A stretch of DNA of 64,000 nucleotides from Candidatus Cloacimonadales bacterium (GTDB lineage: Bacteria; Cloacimonadota; Cloacimonadia; Cloacimonadales; DAONDQ01): NCBI GenBank assembly GCA_963662275.1, contig OY759316.1, positions 3,456,001-3,520,000 of the forward strand, read 5' to 3'. The translations under genes and the position numbers were made by a program. The notes beneath the pieces are model-generated. The model worked only from the letters and a program-made list of their open reading frames with translations. It made no database searches and was not told the origin of the DNA. Positions 29,891 to 38,978 of this stretch are shown in pieces. Numbering within the stretch: position 1 is the first letter of the stretch; the number at the start of each line of letters is the position of its first letter.

Positions 29891-30592
29891 ATGATATCAC
29901 AGTTATTAGAACAACATGACTCGATTCTCTATTATTCAGGGGATAAATCACAGGATTACCGTTCCTTATTGACCGATCATGAAGGAGTTATGATCCATCA
30001 AAATCTAGTTCCGAAAAACAGAATGGTCATTGGAGAACAAACACAATCTAACTACATCCATTTGGCAGAAGAAAAAGATGCTGGTGCGGGTTTTGTTTTA
30101 GAAAAACCAAGAATCCCGATTGCTGACGGATTTGTGACTCAAACACCGAATTTATTTCTTATGGTCAGATCCGCGGATTGTGTACCCATCCTGCTGTTTG
30201 ACCCGATCACAAAAACCGTTGGAGTAGTTCATTGTGGACGAGATGGAACAAGAAGAAATGCTGTTGGTGCTGCCATCAGCTTATTCTATTCCGCCTTTTT
30301 CGCAAAGCCTGGAGATATTCTTGCTATTATTGCACCCATGATTTGTGAGAAACATTATGAGGTCGATGCAACAACTTTTGAACAATTTGAAAGAGAAACA
30401 GCAATAAAACAAAATTTCCCTTGCCTTGATTTGAGACGTGCAGTTCATCAGCAATTGCTACAAGCTGGAGTTTTAGGAAAAAATATTGAACATCAAAGAG
30501 TCTGTACATATGAAGATGAAAGGTATTTTTCCTATCGCCGGGATGGGACAAAAAATCGTCAGATCTTCATGATAGGATTGGGAAATGAGTAA
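29891..30592 (+). CDS. pgeF: YfiH/PgeF (polyphenol oxidase-like) family protein
   Basis: ADGFVT, SADCVPILL, VHCG, HYEV, CTYED.RYFSYRR. Confidence 0.88.
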   Translation: MISQLLEQHDSILYYSGDKSQDYRSLLTDHEGVMIHQNLVPKNRMVIGEQTQSNYIHLAEEKDAGAGFVLEKPRIPIADGFVTQTPNLFLMVRSADCVPILLFDPITKTVGVVHCGRDGTRRNAVGAAISLFYSAFFAKPGDILAIIAPMICEKHYEVDATTFEQFERETAIKQNFPCLDLRRAVHQQLLQAGVLGKNIEHQRVCTYEDERYFSYRRDGTKNRQIFMIGLGNE

Positions 30593-31877
30593 AATTTATG
30601 AAAATGATAATCAGACTTTGCATTTGGAAGTACCTGATGATCATATGAGTGCTATGCTTACTATTCATCCGGAAAATGGGATGATCAATGAGAATGATAT
30701 CCTGGAACTAATTCGGGAAGCGGGTGTGACAAACGGCTTCCTGGAAGCCACTACATCTCTTTTACATGATAACTATGTTAAAAAATACAAGGAACCTTTC
30801 CCCATTGCTTTATGCAGATATGAAACCAGGGAACCAGAAATTACTTTATTGTATGACCAAAATGATACCTATCATCCAAGCGCTTCTCTTGATAAAAACC
30901 AAACACAAAAATGGAGTTATGTTGAGAAAGGAGCTGCGGTTGCTAAACTCGTTGTGTTTAATGAAGTCGGAAGAATCTTCAATGTCTTTGGAGAAACGGT
31001 TGATACAAACTATGATCTTGAAAGCCTAATCCAATCATATGAAGGTGAGAACATTTCCTATGACCCGATGAGTAGACAATTCATTGCAACTCATACAGGA
31101 TATCCCTATAGGAATGAAAAAGGGTTGCTGAGCATTATAAAGGATTTCCACATTGATGTTGATGTTGATCATTCATATGGTGATATCGCTTTAGCAGGTA
31201 ATCTGTCAATTAGGGGATCTGTGGGTGAGGGATGCAATATTTCTGTACTTGGTGATTTGTTTATTTCTGGCAATGTGATGCAATCCACCATTCGTGCCGG
31301 TGGTTCAATTACTATCCAGGGCTTGATTTCTGACTGTTCTGAAACGGGTATCCACGCACAAGGGGATATGAACCTCCATGCTGCTGAACGTTCAAAACTG
31401 ATCTGCTTTGGGAATGTTAACTTTGAATACAGCTTGGAAGATTGCAAACTAATCGGTGAGACTTCAATAAAGGGTGACTCTCAGGAAAGCCGTATCATTG
31501 GCGGAGTTAGTTATTCTGCAGGTTCAATCGATATTGCTAGTGCAGGGAATGGATTGGGTATCAATACAGAATTGGAAGTCACTATCAGTCCGTATTTGAA
31601 AGAACAGATGATTAACACTATGCGTGAAATCTTTCGATGCAAGGATCAGCCTAGCCCGGACCAGGATCAACTGGATGAATTAAATAAGAAAATGAATAAT
31701 CTGGAAACACGTTTAGACCAGGAAATTGACAGAATTCTCATCGGAGTAGATCAAGATTCCTTGTTTATTAAAATCCATAAGAAACTTTACCCCAATACTT
31801 ACCTGAGAATATTAAAAAAATCATATACTGCTGTTGAAGAACAGGAATCCTTTTTACTTACAGAAAACGAAAAATAG
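30585..31877 (+). CDS. DUF342/FapA family protein
   Basis: DHMSAML.I, DVD.SYGDI..AGNL.I.GSV, beta-helix repeats, IIGG, coiled coil, YPNT. Confidence 0.8.
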   Translation: MSKIYENDNQTLHLEVPDDHMSAMLTIHPENGMINENDILELIREAGVTNGFLEATTSLLHDNYVKKYKEPFPIALCRYETREPEITLLYDQNDTYHPSASLDKNQTQKWSYVEKGAAVAKLVVFNEVGRIFNVFGETVDTNYDLESLIQSYEGENISYDPMSRQFIATHTGYPYRNEKGLLSIIKDFHIDVDVDHSYGDIALAGNLSIRGSVGEGCNISVLGDLFISGNVMQSTIRAGGSITIQGLISDCSETGIHAQGDMNLHAAERSKLICFGNVNFEYSLEDCKLIGETSIKGDSQESRIIGGVSYSAGSIDIASAGNGLGINTELEVTISPYLKEQMINTMREIFRCKDQPSPDQDQLDELNKKMNNLETRLDQEIDRILIGVDQDSLFIKIHKKLYPNTYLRILKKSYTAVEEQESFLLTENEK

Positions 31878-31886
31878 GATATCAAA

Positions 31887-34800
31887 ATGTTAAAAATCAC
31901 ATTAGTTCAATTGTTGCTCCTTTTTACCTTATCCATGCTCGCTCTCGAACCACATTTTATGACTGATCCCGATATTTCACCCGATGGTCAGACTGTTTGT
32001 TTTGTTTACCAGGGAGATTTATGGTCAGTCCCTTTTGAAGGTGGCATAGCAACCAGGCTGACAGCAACCCCTGCCTCGGAATGGGGACCTGCCTATTCTC
32101 CTGATGGAAAATTGATCGCTTTTAATTCTGATCGAGAAGGAAGGTCATATATTTATACAATACCTTCTCATGGTGGAAGTGCAATATCCTTGTTTCATCA
32201 GTCATTTTCAGTTTCTGATTGGTTTAATGACAGTAAAAGCCTACTCGTTGCATCATATCAAATTGGAAAGGGTGAATCCTACTGTCGTTTATCTCTTGAC
32301 GGGTCAAGACCAGTTGAGATCACTAATGTAGGTGATTTTTACGGGAGTTTGAATTCAGATGACTCAAAAATCATATTCAATAGAAGAGGCTATCCTTTTC
32401 GTGAATCGTATCAAGGTAGTGTGAATGGAGAATTATGGGAATACGATATTTCTGCAAAAACCTATTCAAAACTAACCAATACGAATATCACGGAACGCTA
32501 TCCAGTCTGTTCTAAAAATGCTGATAATATTTACTACGCTCGATCTGATGGTACTCTTTTTCAACTGGTAAGAGTAAAAGATCATGATTTCACTAATCCG
32601 GAAGTATTATCAGAATTCACTAAATGGTCTTCTCGAGATCTTTCAATCGCCAGCAATAGTGATAAACTTGTTTTTGAGTATTTTGATGAAATATGGCGTT
32701 ATGATCCTTCAAAGCTCATGGGTGATAGAATAGAAAAGATTGATGTTCAAATACCGGAAGATATCTGGCAAAATGAAGTCGTGAGGGAAGATGTGACAAA
32801 TCACTTCGAAAGCTTCGCTGTGTCACAAGACCAGAAATGGATAGCTTTCTCCTATAAGTATGATCTTTTTGCCGTTCCGGTAAAAGGTGGAGAAGTCAAG
32901 CAGATTACTCATGATTTACGCTCTATTAAGGATATCGCTATTTTACCCGATAACCGAACCATTCTTTTTAGCGGTTATGAACATGGTGAATACAAATTAT
33001 TCACTGTGAACATCGAGGACACTGCTAACATAATGCTAGTTCCATGGTCAAAAGATAAATACATTGAAAGTATTCAATACGCTCCCAATCACCAATTCAT
33101 TATCGTTTATAGCAAGGATGTTGACCATGGACGTATTGCCATTGCAGATTCGACGGGAACAGTGATTCGGGAAGTCTTGACGGATGAAGTTTGTTCATCA
33201 AATTTTGCTTTAAGTGATGATGGCAAATATGGCTTGTACGTCAATACCCGTCCGGGGATTTGGACAAATCGTCTAATTCTTATGAACATGTCTGATATGA
33301 AGAAAAGAACCATCTTAAGTGATGATAACTCTATTAGGGATATCGTTTGGGGCAAGGGTGGAAAAAGTATCTTCTTCAGTCGCTCAAATGAAATCTGCCG
33401 GCTTGACTTGGTTCCCAGGAATGATTTTGATTGGGATAAAGATCAGTGGAAAGAAATCTTCACGACAACGGAGAAGGACACTCTAAAAAAAGAAAAGAAG
33501 ACGTCACAAATCGAATTCAACTGGAATATGATCGATAAACGCATTACTTCTATAGTTAAGCGTCCCAATTGGTGTAATATTCTTGCTAATCCTGATGATT
33601 CCACACTGTATTTCATATCTTGGGATGACAAAAAACCTTCTATCATCAAGATCAATTATAACGGAAAAAGCGAAGAGGAAATTGCATCTCTTGAAGCTCA
33701 TATTGATAACGATCAATATTTGATTGATAAGATGGCTTATTACTACGTAAGCGGGAATAGTTTAAAAAGCATCAATTTGAAAACACGAAAGAAAGAAACA
33801 TATTCCAACAGCTTTAAATATCAATATAATAAAATGGCACTGAATAAAGAAGTATTCAAACAGGCTTGGGGTGAATTTGGACGTAATTTCTACGATTCCC
33901 AGTTCCATGGAAAGGATTGGGTTTCCTTTTATAATAAATTTCTCCCTTATATGGATTATGCATATTCCGCCAACTTGATGGGTAACATCATTGAAGAGAT
34001 GATCGGCGATTTAAATGCTTCCCATACGGGATTTAGACCACGCGAAGAAAATGAAGTACCATCCATTCCTCAAGCTTATATTGGAGCAAATTTTGATTAC
34101 CGTCAGAATCTGAATAGGGGCATTGCCTTCCGCAATGTCTATCGTGAATCTATTCTTAGTGAATTATACAATATCAAGGACGGAGATATCTTATTGAGTG
34201 TCAATGGACAGCAAATCGGGAAAAATAGCCCGATAGATTCACTCTTCTATGATAAAATTGGTCAACGAATTCAATTGAAAATTCTTCATGAAGGGGTCAG
34301 TATAGACGCAGAAGTTAAAGGACTTACCTGGGGAGAAAACTATAAATTGTACTATGATAACGACAAAGCTCAAAAAAAGAACCTTGTCACAAAAAATACG
34401 AATGGACGCATCGGATACGTTCATATTCAAGCGATGAGTGGAACTGACTATACCCAGTTCGTTGAAGATCTATTCGCTAATAATTTTGATAAGGATGGAT
34501 TGATCCTTGATATCAGGGGAAACTCCGGTGGAAATATCCATGATAAACTGATTGAACTGCTGACCAAGAAAGTATATGCTTTCTCAACAAATAAATATTA
34601 TAACGCTAAATATCCCACACCTACCAGTACTTTCCAAAAGCCTATCGTTCTTCTTATCGATGAGGAATCCGTCTCTGATGGTGAAATCTTCCCCATTCTC
34701 TTTTCTGAATTGAAACTGGGTAAAATCGTTGGTATGCCTACAAGCGGTTCTGTGATTGGAACTGTTGAATATACTCTCAAAGATGGTTCACAAATGAGAT

Positions 34801-34967
34801 TACCTACTTCAGGATGGTATCGCCTTGATGGAACAAATATGGAAGGGACTGGAGCAAAACCCGATATCCAGGTTGATAATACTCCTGATGATGAAGTCAA
34901 CGACAATGACAGACAACTCTTGAAAGCTATTGATATAATCGAGGAAGAAATTCCGCCAGTGAAATAA
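31887..34967 (+). CDS. Tricorn-like S41 peptidase (PD40 propellers, PDZ, S41)
   Basis: Signal peptide, PDISPDG/PAYSPDG, IGYVHI.AM, LDIRGNSGG, SVSDGEIF, G.PTSG.VI. Confidence 0.92.
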   Translation: MLKITLVQLLLLFTLSMLALEPHFMTDPDISPDGQTVCFVYQGDLWSVPFEGGIATRLTATPASEWGPAYSPDGKLIAFNSDREGRSYIYTIPSHGGSAISLFHQSFSVSDWFNDSKSLLVASYQIGKGESYCRLSLDGSRPVEITNVGDFYGSLNSDDSKIIFNRRGYPFRESYQGSVNGELWEYDISAKTYSKLTNTNITERYPVCSKNADNIYYARSDGTLFQLVRVKDHDFTNPEVLSEFTKWSSRDLSIASNSDKLVFEYFDEIWRYDPSKLMGDRIEKIDVQIPEDIWQNEVVREDVTNHFESFAVSQDQKWIAFSYKYDLFAVPVKGGEVKQITHDLRSIKDIAILPDNRTILFSGYEHGEYKLFTVNIEDTANIMLVPWSKDKYIESIQYAPNHQFIIVYSKDVDHGRIAIADSTGTVIREVLTDEVCSSNFALSDDGKYGLYVNTRPGIWTNRLILMNMSDMKKRTILSDDNSIRDIVWGKGGKSIFFSRSNEICRLDLVPRNDFDWDKDQWKEIFTTTEKDTLKKEKKTSQIEFNWNMIDKRITSIVKRPNWCNILANPDDSTLYFISWDDKKPSIIKINYNGKSEEEIASLEAHIDNDQYLIDKMAYYYVSGNSLKSINLKTRKKETYSNSFKYQYNKMALNKEVFKQAWGEFGRNFYDSQFHGKDWVSFYNKFLPYMDYAYSANLMGNIIEEMIGDLNASHTGFRPREENEVPSIPQAYIGANFDYRQNLNRGIAFRNVYRESILSELYNIKDGDILLSVNGQQIGKNSPIDSLFYDKIGQRIQLKILHEGVSIDAEVKGLTWGENYKLYYDNDKAQKKNLVTKNTNGRIGYVHIQAMSGTDYTQFVEDLFANNFDKDGLILDIRGNSGGNIHDKLIELLTKKVYAFSTNKYYNAKYPTPTSTFQKPIVLLIDEESVSDGEIFPILFSELKLGKIVGMPTSGSVIGTVEYTLKDGSQMRLPTSGWYRLDGTNMEGTGAKPDIQVDNTPDDEVNDNDRQLLKAIDIIEEEIPPVK

Positions 34968-34990
34968 ACCTTTTCGACTTCTATAAATGT

Positions 34991-35062
34991 GTAGAGACGC
35001 CCAATTTGGGCGTCTCTTCTTGTCTGCGAATTGTACAAGACGCACAATTTGGGCGTCTCTAC
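34991..35062. repeat. REPIN-like inverted pair of GTAG REPs
   Basis: GTAGAGACGCCCAATTTGGGCGTCTCT (34991-35017) and inverted GTACAAGACGCACAATTTGGGCGTCTCTAC (35033-35062). Confidence 0.82.
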
Positions 35063-35162
35063 CTCTTAGAAGCCACACTCAAGCTTGATCTATTTTTTCT
35101 GTTCTTTTCTAGCAGTTGCTTGTTACTTGTCAGCTTTTTCAAATATGGTATGATTACTATAT

Positions 35163-35207
35163 CATTACGGTAGCAATACGGTTTTTTACCGTAATGCTAC
35201 CGTAATG
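35163..35207. repeat. 20-bp inverted repeat built from 11-bp units
   Basis: CATTACGGTAGCAATACGGT-TTTTT-ACCGTAATGCTACCGTAATG. Confidence 0.75.
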
Positions 35208-35280
35208 CTCTTAGGGGACATTTTAAATATTTGCCCCGTCCTAAATAAGTTGACACTTGTTCAAAAAAAAGGAGTAACTT

Positions 35281-35706
35281 ATGACAAAACCCAAAGTAGG
35301 ACCAAAGTCCACCAACAGATATAGTATCGCCTTTAAAATGAGGGTTGTGGAAGAGGTCGAAAATGGTCTGATCACTGCCGCAGATGCCCGAAAATTGTAT
35401 AATGTTGGAGGAAAAGGCACCATAGCTGAGTGGGTTGAACGCTACGGAATGAACAAAAAACTGGAAAGGACGGTATATGTTATGACACACGAAGAAGATA
35501 TTGAGTTAATCCGTTTACGTAAAGAGAACAGGCGTCTCCAGCAAGCCCTGGATGACAGCCAGATCAAGACGATAGCTCTGGAATCGCTGATTGAAGTAGC
35601 CGAAGAAAAGTATCATCTGGACTTAAAAAAAAACTTTGGTTCGAAGGTGTTGGAAGAACTAAAGAAAAAGTTGATGCCATCGGCATGCGAATCGGACTCG
35701 GAATGA
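35281..35706 (+). CDS. IS3 transposase OrfA
   Basis: RYSIAFKMRVVEEVENG..HTH..WVERYG, coiled coil, LKKNFG. Confidence 0.88.
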   Translation: MTKPKVGPKSTNRYSIAFKMRVVEEVENGLITAADARKLYNVGGKGTIAEWVERYGMNKKLERTVYVMTHEEDIELIRLRKENRRLQQALDDSQIKTIALESLIEVAEEKYHLDLKKNFGSKVLEELKKKLMPSACESDSE

Positions 35707-35897
35707 TCTGTGGACTTCTCATCCATACCCGGCAAGGCTATTTCAAGCATTTGAAAGCTCTGCCTGCTAAGCAGTTGCATGATGAAATTGCGGTATCTAA
35801 GGTCATCACTATTAGACAGACCCAGACTAAAACTGGCGGCAGGAAACTGAAAATAATGATGTTCAATGATGATGGTTTTGTTATTGGGCGTGATCAT
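35703..35897 (+). pseudogene. IS3 OrfB N-terminal fragment
   Basis: ATGA overlap with orfA; MICGLLIHTRQGYFK..TGGRKL..IGRDH, cut at the IS21 end. Confidence 0.8.
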
Positions 35898-36142
35898 TGC
35901 ATATTCCGCTCAGAAAAGCCACCTTGTCCGATTAAGTTGAGCCAGTGCTCCACTATAATTGAGCCATACTATATTGTCTTTTTGAGCCATACTATATTGT
36001 CTTTTTGAGCCACACTACGTATCTGATCGCCATATAACATAATATCTGCAGTGTTTGGCAAGATTCTGTTCCGGCTGCTGCGGAGAGAGGACGTAGTCCG
36101 AGCGAAGCAGCAGCCGGAACGTTGCGCCTAATGGGCAATAGG

Positions 36143-36898
36143 CTATTTTCTATTGATTTGTTTTATTCCCTTGCGTTCTCTCATTGACATCTTCCCATCG
36201 ATAAATATATGGTGAGAGTTATGAACAAGCCGGTCAAGGATGGCATCAGCGAGAGTGGGTTGTCCAATCTTCTCGTGCCATCCTCCGGTTTTGAACTGAG
36301 AGCACAAGACCGTAGATGCTTTGGAATACCTCATCTCGACTATTTCAAAGAGATCTTTAGCTTCCTGTTCGTTTATCCTGGTTAACAGCCATTCATCAAG
36401 TATCAGCAGTTTAGCATTGGCATATCTGTCTATGACTCTTTGATGCCCGCCTTCACAACGACTAACAGCGAGGTCATCCAACAGTTCAGGCAGGCGGACG
36501 TATTTTACAGTGAAGTATTTCTTGCAGGCAGCTATGCCAAATGCGCAAGCCAGCCATGTTTTACCGCTTCCCGATGCTCCGGTGATGATGATATTCTCAT
36601 TCTCTCCAATAAAAGAACATGACGCCAATTCAACGATTGCACTACGATCAAGTTTCCTGTCTTCATGGTAGTCAATATCTGCTATACTCGCATTACTGAA
36701 CTTGAAGCCGGCACCGTGAATCAGACGTTTAAGCCTATTATTCTTGCGCTTATCCCATTCTATATCAACCAGCATGCCAAAGCGCTCGTCAAAGCTGTAG
36801 TTTTCCAGTGATTTATCGTTAACCTGATTTCGGTAGGCATCTGCCATGCCATTTAACAGCATCTCTCGAAGTTTAATGATAGTAGTATTATTAGTCAT
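36143..36898 (-). CDS. istB: IS21 helper ATPase IstB
   Basis: GASGSGKT, LLILDEWL, LADAILDRLVH, SMR; start set at ATG 36898 overlapping the istA end. Confidence 0.95.
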   Translation of the reverse strand: MTNNTTIIKLREMLLNGMADAYRNQVNDKSLENYSFDERFGMLVDIEWDKRKNNRLKRLIHGAGFKFSNASIADIDYHEDRKLDRSAIVELASCSFIGENENIIITGASGSGKTWLACAFGIAACKKYFTVKYVRLPELLDDLAVSRCEGGHQRVIDRYANAKLLILDEWLLTRINEQEAKDLFEIVEMRYSKASTVLCSQFKTGGWHEKIGQPTLADAILDRLVHNSHHIFIDGKMSMRERKGIKQINRK

Positions 36899-38435
36899 TT
36901 TCGTTTCTCCCGTAGTAACCTGATTCCCGGCTGATGGCATACTCTGAGCTTTGCACCGCTTCAGCATCATTATCGGTGCTTCTCTTCTGTTCATTTGAGT
37001 TTAGAATAGTCTTGATGATTCTGTAACTCGGATTTGGCGTATAGCTTAATGCTCGTTGACAGGCACTTTCCAAATTTTGACAGCCATACTTTTTTGAAGC
37101 GCTTAGCACAGCCATGCAAGTGCGATAACCTTGCTGTTCAACCCTGCATGATCCCAGGATTGACTTGATTACCAACTCAGTGCTTGTTCCAATAGTACAA
37201 GCCCAGTCAACAAAACTTTCTGCATCCCATTTACGGTATTCCTGATGATCCCTGGGCATATGCTCGGCATTGGTCTGATATCGCTCAGAGTTTCCCTCCA
37301 AGCCCCTGTGGGAGGCTATTCTGACTGAATTGTAAAAGACCTCCACCACCCTGGCGGTTAGGCGAATATCCACTTTGTGGTGGATATATTCATAAGGCAC
37401 TGAATAATACTTCTTATCAACCATAATGTGATAGTTGTAACCAACCGTTGCTGTAGCCCATGTAGCCAGTTCATAAGCCGCCTCCGGCAAGGGAAGCAGC
37501 TGCTCTCGTTCTTCTTGCCAAAATACGCTTTCACGGGAGCCATCTTTGACCTGGAAAGGCTTACTGTTAAATTCAGCCAACTTTTCCCTGATTGCCTTAT
37601 TGAGTTCTCTAAGCGAGAAGAAACTCCTGTTGCGAAGAGCAGCCAGAATCCAGGTCGAGATAATACCTACTGTCCCTTCAGCACTTGCCTTATCCTTGGG
37701 ATGCCTGACCCTGGCAGGGATGACCACTGTATTGTAGTAATTAGCCAGTTCATTATATGTCCTGTTGATTACACTGCCTCCACTGGATACCCGCTCCACA
37801 CCAGTCTTGAGGTTGTCAGGTACCAGTATTTTTGCCACTCCGCTCATATATTGAAAACAGTTTACATGAGCCTGAATCCAGTTACACAGACTCATATTGG
37901 GAAGTGCTTCAACATAAGCATAGCCACTATAGGGCAAAACAGCGACAAAGACTGGAACTTTAAGCTGTGCCCCGGTAAGATTGTTTGTCAAATACGCAGA
38001 TTGACCTGCCCAATCAACCTCAAGCTTCTCACCCGGCTTGTGATGAATGCGCATGGTTGCCTTGGTTTGATGAGCATATTCCGTGTAAAGCTCGCAGAAT
38101 CGACTGTATTGATAGGGTATCGTCTGATTCTGACGGCATAACTCCGAATATTCATGCCATAACAACGACAAGGTTACACCGCTTTTACCCAATTCCTTGT
38201 GAATATGCTCAAAATCAGGCATCCTGCGACAACCTTCGATATTTACAATGGGAAATAGCATCTTCCCCAATTCCCTGTCACTAATTGTATCAGAAATTGG
38301 ACAGAAAACAGCTTGTTGGGCTGCTGCCCTCAGCACCTTGGATACGGTATTGCGGGAGCACGGCAGGCTTTGAGCAATATTCCTTTCACTAATTCCTTGC
38401 GCCTGTAAACGCAAGATTTCTCGATAATTGGTCAT
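36891..38435 (-). CDS. istA: IS21 transposase IstA
   Basis: N-terminal HTH, HKPGEKLEVDWAG, VPDNLKTGV, PARVRHPKDKASAEG, YSVPY. Confidence 0.96.
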   Translation of the reverse strand: MTNYREILRLQAQGISERNIAQSLPCSRNTVSKVLRAAAQQAVFCPISDTISDRELGKMLFPIVNIEGCRRMPDFEHIHKELGKSGVTLSLLWHEYSELCRQNQTIPYQYSRFCELYTEYAHQTKATMRIHHKPGEKLEVDWAGQSAYLTNNLTGAQLKVPVFVAVLPYSGYAYVEALPNMSLCNWIQAHVNCFQYMSGVAKILVPDNLKTGVERVSSGGSVINRTYNELANYYNTVVIPARVRHPKDKASAEGTVGIISTWILAALRNRSFFSLRELNKAIREKLAEFNSKPFQVKDGSRESVFWQEEREQLLPLPEAAYELATWATATVGYNYHIMVDKKYYSVPYEYIHHKVDIRLTARVVEVFYNSVRIASHRGLEGNSERYQTNAEHMPRDHQEYRKWDAESFVDWACTIGTSTELVIKSILGSCRVEQQGYRTCMAVLSASKKYGCQNLESACQRALSYTPNPSYRIIKTILNSNEQKRSTDNDAEAVQSSEYAISRESGYYGRNEND

Positions 38436-38602
38436 TTTGTGACCTCCATTGTGTTATTTGCGCTCTTCAGCGCATTGCCACATGGTTAATCACACTCTGA
38501 TTTATGCAAGGTGGCTCAAAGTAGAATATTCCCTGGCTCAATTATAGTGGAGCACTGGCTCAACTTGGGAATACTCATGGCTCAAATTCATAATATTATT
38601 CA

Positions 38603-38891
38603 GTTGGCTGAGTTCAAGATGGTACCGAGTATGACAGGCAAAAATCACTGTTATGACAATGCGGTAGCTGAAAGAATAAATGGCATATTGAAGGATGAGT
38701 ATGGTTTGAATAGTATGTTCCCTGATATCAAAGTAGCCAGGGAAGCTGTTGCCGATGCTATCAGGATTTACAATGAAGAACGTCTACACACATCGCTAAG
38801 TTTTAAGACACCCGCATCGGTGTATGAGCTCGGTATTTTAGCAGAAGCGACGCAGCAACAAAGTGTCTTGCAAGTCGGCGCTTCTGCATAA
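38603..38891 (+). pseudogene. IS3 OrfB C-terminal fragment
   Basis: PSMT..NHCYDNAVAERINGILKDEY..YNEERLHTSLSFKTP (integrase core C-terminus). Confidence 0.88.
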
Positions 38892-38928
38892 TTTAACTGT
38901 AAACTATATTAGGACGTGACAATTTATC

Positions 38929-38956
38929 TTGACATTGAAACATCTGCTTTTAACCT
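38929..38956 (+). promoter_or_regulatory. Putative promoter just outside the IS3 right end
   Basis: TTGACA, 16 bp spacer, TAACCT, followed by AAGGAGG RBS. Confidence 0.45.
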
Positions 38957-38978
38957 ATTATTAATTAAGGAGGTCATT

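Larger units (their letters stand above)
35898..38602 (-). mobile_element. IS21-family element (istA-istB)
   Basis: TG...CA ends; AAGTTGAGCCAGTGCTCCACTATAATTGAGCCA lies 36 bp inside both ends; several TTGAGCCA subterminal repeats; no TSD. Confidence 0.92.
35232..38921 (+). mobile_element. IS3-family element, disrupted by IS21 with internal deletion
   Basis: IRL TGCCCCGTCCTAAATAAGTTGACAC, IRR (reverse complement) TGTCACGTCCTAATATAGTTTACAG, 3-bp TSD ATT (35229-35231 and 38922-38924). Confidence 0.9.

Noticed and set aside
35625..35633. A9 run as an IS3 -1 frameshift site
   Set aside because: The -1 frame meets TAA before orfB; ATGA coupling at 35703 explains orfB better
38511..38602. N-terminus of ORF 38511..38891
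   Set aside because: Read-through of the IS21 terminal repeats fused to the IS3 orfB remnant; not a real gene start
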